Assembly (NCBI GenBank): GCA_944381325.1 | Contig: CALWKS010000004.1 | Span: forward strand, 85,189-149,188 | Origin: an uncultured Christensenellaceae bacterium | Lineage (GTDB): Bacteria; Bacillota; Clostridia; Christensenellales; UBA3700 | Length of the DNA: 64,000 nt | Reading direction: 5' to 3' | Part shown: piece after piece, positions 62,313 to 64,000 of the stretch | Numbering within the stretch: the stretch's first letter is position 1 | Layout of the letters: each line of letters opens with the position of its first letter | Program-made: the position numbers and the translations under genes | Notes under the pieces: generated by a model | Seen by the model: only the letters and a program-made list of their open reading frames with translations | The model's database searches: none | Told to the model about the DNA's origin: nothing

Positions 62313-64000
62313 TTAGCTCAGTCTCGCATCCCACTTTCCGCAAAAAGCGTCCACGGGAGATTTGCCTTTGAATTCTGATTTGCCCGTAAGTTTTTCAACG
62401 AGCAGTTCAAGCGTAAAATCGTTTACTCCGTAAGTGTTTATATATGTTCTTACCCTGGGCACGTCCAACAGGTGATAAGGATTTTCAAGAGATATGAATA
62501 CCGTCGGAATGCTCTTTGTATATATAGGAACGTTTACTCCCATCGGATTCATCCATTCTATTCTTACCGTAGTCTGATTGGATTTCGTGGCAAGATTGCA
62601 AAGGTAGATCATCATATCTGCGCTTTCCTTTACGCTTTTGTATGAAGACTGAAGTCCTTCGTAAACTCCGCCCGCTTCGAATACGCTCACCTCGAATCCT
62701 TCCTTTCTCAGCAAATCGCAGAATTTGGGCAAAAGTCCGTTCTCTCGGGCGTAGCCCAGGGCGTTTGCTCCGCCCTCGATACCGTAAACGGTTATCTTCC
62801 TGACTTTGCTTTTATCTATAGGAAGCACGTTCTTTTCGCATTTGACAAGGGTCATAGACTCGTCTGCGATACGACGCGCCGTTTTCTTGTTGTCGTCCGT
62901 ACCCAGTTGTGAAAGCGCTTTCCCGAGCGAAGGAACGTTGTCCTTCTCAAAGAGTCCCATGCTTTCCTTCAATGCCAGAACGCGCATTACCGCTTCTTCC
63001 AGTCTCTGAGGAGTAAGGACGCCGTCTCTTATGCCCTCTTTCATAAACTCGAAGTCTTCCTGCATATTTTTCGTAAACAGGAACATATCGCAGCCTGCGG
63101 CTATAGCGCCCGGCACCGCCTTGTCTCGGCTCATCGCAATATTGAAGCCCGCCATTGTCGTAGCGTCGGTTATTATCAGTCCGTTGAAGCCCAGCTTCTT
63201 GCGCAAAAGTCCGCAAAGCAGATTTTCAGAAAGAGATGCAGGCAGGATATCCTCATCAGCGATCGTCGGGCATATATCCTTTTCGTACGAAGGAAGCGCG
63301 ATATGTCCCACCATCACCGTAGGAGCACCTTCTTCTATAAGTCTCTTGTATATCGCTCCGTAAGTTCTGTCCCACTCTTCTACAGAGAGCGAATTTATCG
63401 AAGTTACAAGATGCTGATCTCTTTCGTCAACGCCGTCGCCGGGGAAATGCTTTACAGAATAACACATATTGCGTTTTCTGCACGCCTTAGCGTATGCGCT
63501 TGCGCATTCCGCGACGAAAGCTGGATCGCTGCCGTACGTTCTGGTATTGGTTATAGGATTGCGGAAATTCAGGTCTATGTCGCAAACAGGAGCAAAAGCG
63601 TAATTCGCACCCACAGCCGCGCCTTCTTCTGCACATATCCTGCCCAGCTCGTAAGCATTGTCAGGATTGCCGGTTGCCGCGACAGCCATCTGAGAAGCCA
63701 CCTTTGTGCCTTCGGACACTATGCCGTTCGCGCCCGCTTCGAGATTTGCCGCAATAAGAAGAGGTATCTTTGCGTTTTTCTGAAGAATTGCTACCGTTCC
63801 AGTAACCTGCTCTGCGCTCATGCTGCGGCACATAAGTCCGCCTACGCGCAGCCTTCCTGCAACGTCTTTGAGAAATTCCTCGTCCTGTCTGTAACCTACG
63901 ACGAAGAACAACTGCCCTATCTTGTCGTCCTCGTCCATAGAGGAATATATATTCTTTATCTTTTCAATTTGTTCTCCGCTCAGATTGAACGGTTTGCGTG
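62313..64000 (-). CDS. glycoside hydrolase family 3 protein (5' end outside window)
   Basis: KHFPGDGVDERDQH and GLIITDA motifs; reading frame stays open upstream of the first Met to the window edge (...PFNLSGEQIEKIKNIYSSMDEDDKIGQLF), so the start is probably beyond 64000. Confidence 0.82.
   Translation of the reverse strand, partial: RKPFNLSGEQIEKIKNIYSSMDEDDKIGQLFFVVGYRQDEEFLKDVAGRLRVGGLMCRSMSAEQVTGTVAILQKNAKIPLLIAANLEAGANGIVSEGTKVASQMAVAATGNPDNAYELGRICAEEGAAVGANYAFAPVCDIDLNFRNPITNTRTYGSDPAFVAECASAYAKACRKRNMCYSVKHFPGDGVDERDQHLVTSINSLSVEEWDRTYGAIYKRLIEEGAPTVMVGHIALPSYEKDICPTIADEDILPASLSENLLCGLLRKKLGFNGLIITDATTMAGFNIAMSRDKAVPGAIAAGCDMFLFTKNMQEDFEFMKEGIRDGVLTPQRLEEAVMRVLALKESMGLFEKDNVPSLGKALSQLGTDDNKKTARRIADESMTLVKCEKNVLPIDKSKVRKITVYGIEGGANALGYARENGLLPKFCDLLRKEGFEVSVFEAGGVYEGLQSSYKSVKESADMMIYLCNLATKSNQTTVRIEWMNPMGVNVPIYTKSIPTVFISLENPYHLLDVPRVRTYINTYGVNDFTLELLVEKLTGKSEFKGKSPVDAFCGKWDARLS

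Noticed and set aside
1-64000. CRISPR arrays, rRNA genes, transposases, integrases and IS inverted repeats
   Set aside because: Reading both strands revealed no regularly spaced direct repeats, no rRNA-like segments, and no ORFs with DDE, tyrosine-recombinase or serine-recombinase motifs.

Overview
This 64 kb chromosomal window looks like a Gram-positive, Clostridia-type genome, judged from gene content and order. It has two parts.

Positions 1-40.9 kb are conserved core, almost all on the minus strand:
- The complete S10-spc-alpha ribosomal protein cluster (rpsJ through rpsD), including secY, adk, map, a small KOW protein, infA and rpmJ.
- A DUF1858 gene, an SPFH/zinc-ribbon gene pair (YdjI/YdjG-like), an M1-type metallopeptidase and a Cys-rich micro-ORF.
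- An AsnC-aminotransferase pair, a YbiT-type ABC-F ATPase, mtaD and punA.
- A pyrBCFKDE operon with no pyrR or carAB in the window, and a ferredoxin gene.
- yaaT-holB-tmk with a PLP decarboxylase, lysS-greA-rex, and a lipoprotein/ABC-2 exporter.

From about 41 kb the strand bias breaks. After a DnaB(Bsu-type)/DnaI loader pair comes a patchy accessory region (43.4-60.5 kb):
- A signal-less BspA-type LRR protein behind a perfect consensus promoter overlapped by direct repeats.
- Two small membrane proteins and a dual-HTH membrane protein with heptad repeats.
- A decayed HTH fragment.
- tRNA-Glu(CUC), whose 3' end and terminator are duplicated around a GC-rich 110-nt structured insert.
- Tandem membrane-anchored GH43 paralogues and an OYE flavoenzyme.
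- A monocistronic 1884-aa gene combining DUF4011, a Upf1-like SF1 helicase, an endonuclease-like fold and DUF3320.
- A beta-helix lipoprotein.
- After these come pgmB, an esterase and a partial GH3 gene.

No CRISPR array, rRNA, transposase or integrase was recognised. The giant helicase-nuclease is the strongest candidate for an undescribed or defence-type function. Next come the tRNA-linked structured RNA or attachment-site scar and the LRR/membrane/XRE cluster. All calls come from reading the sequence and ORF translations only; no database search was run.
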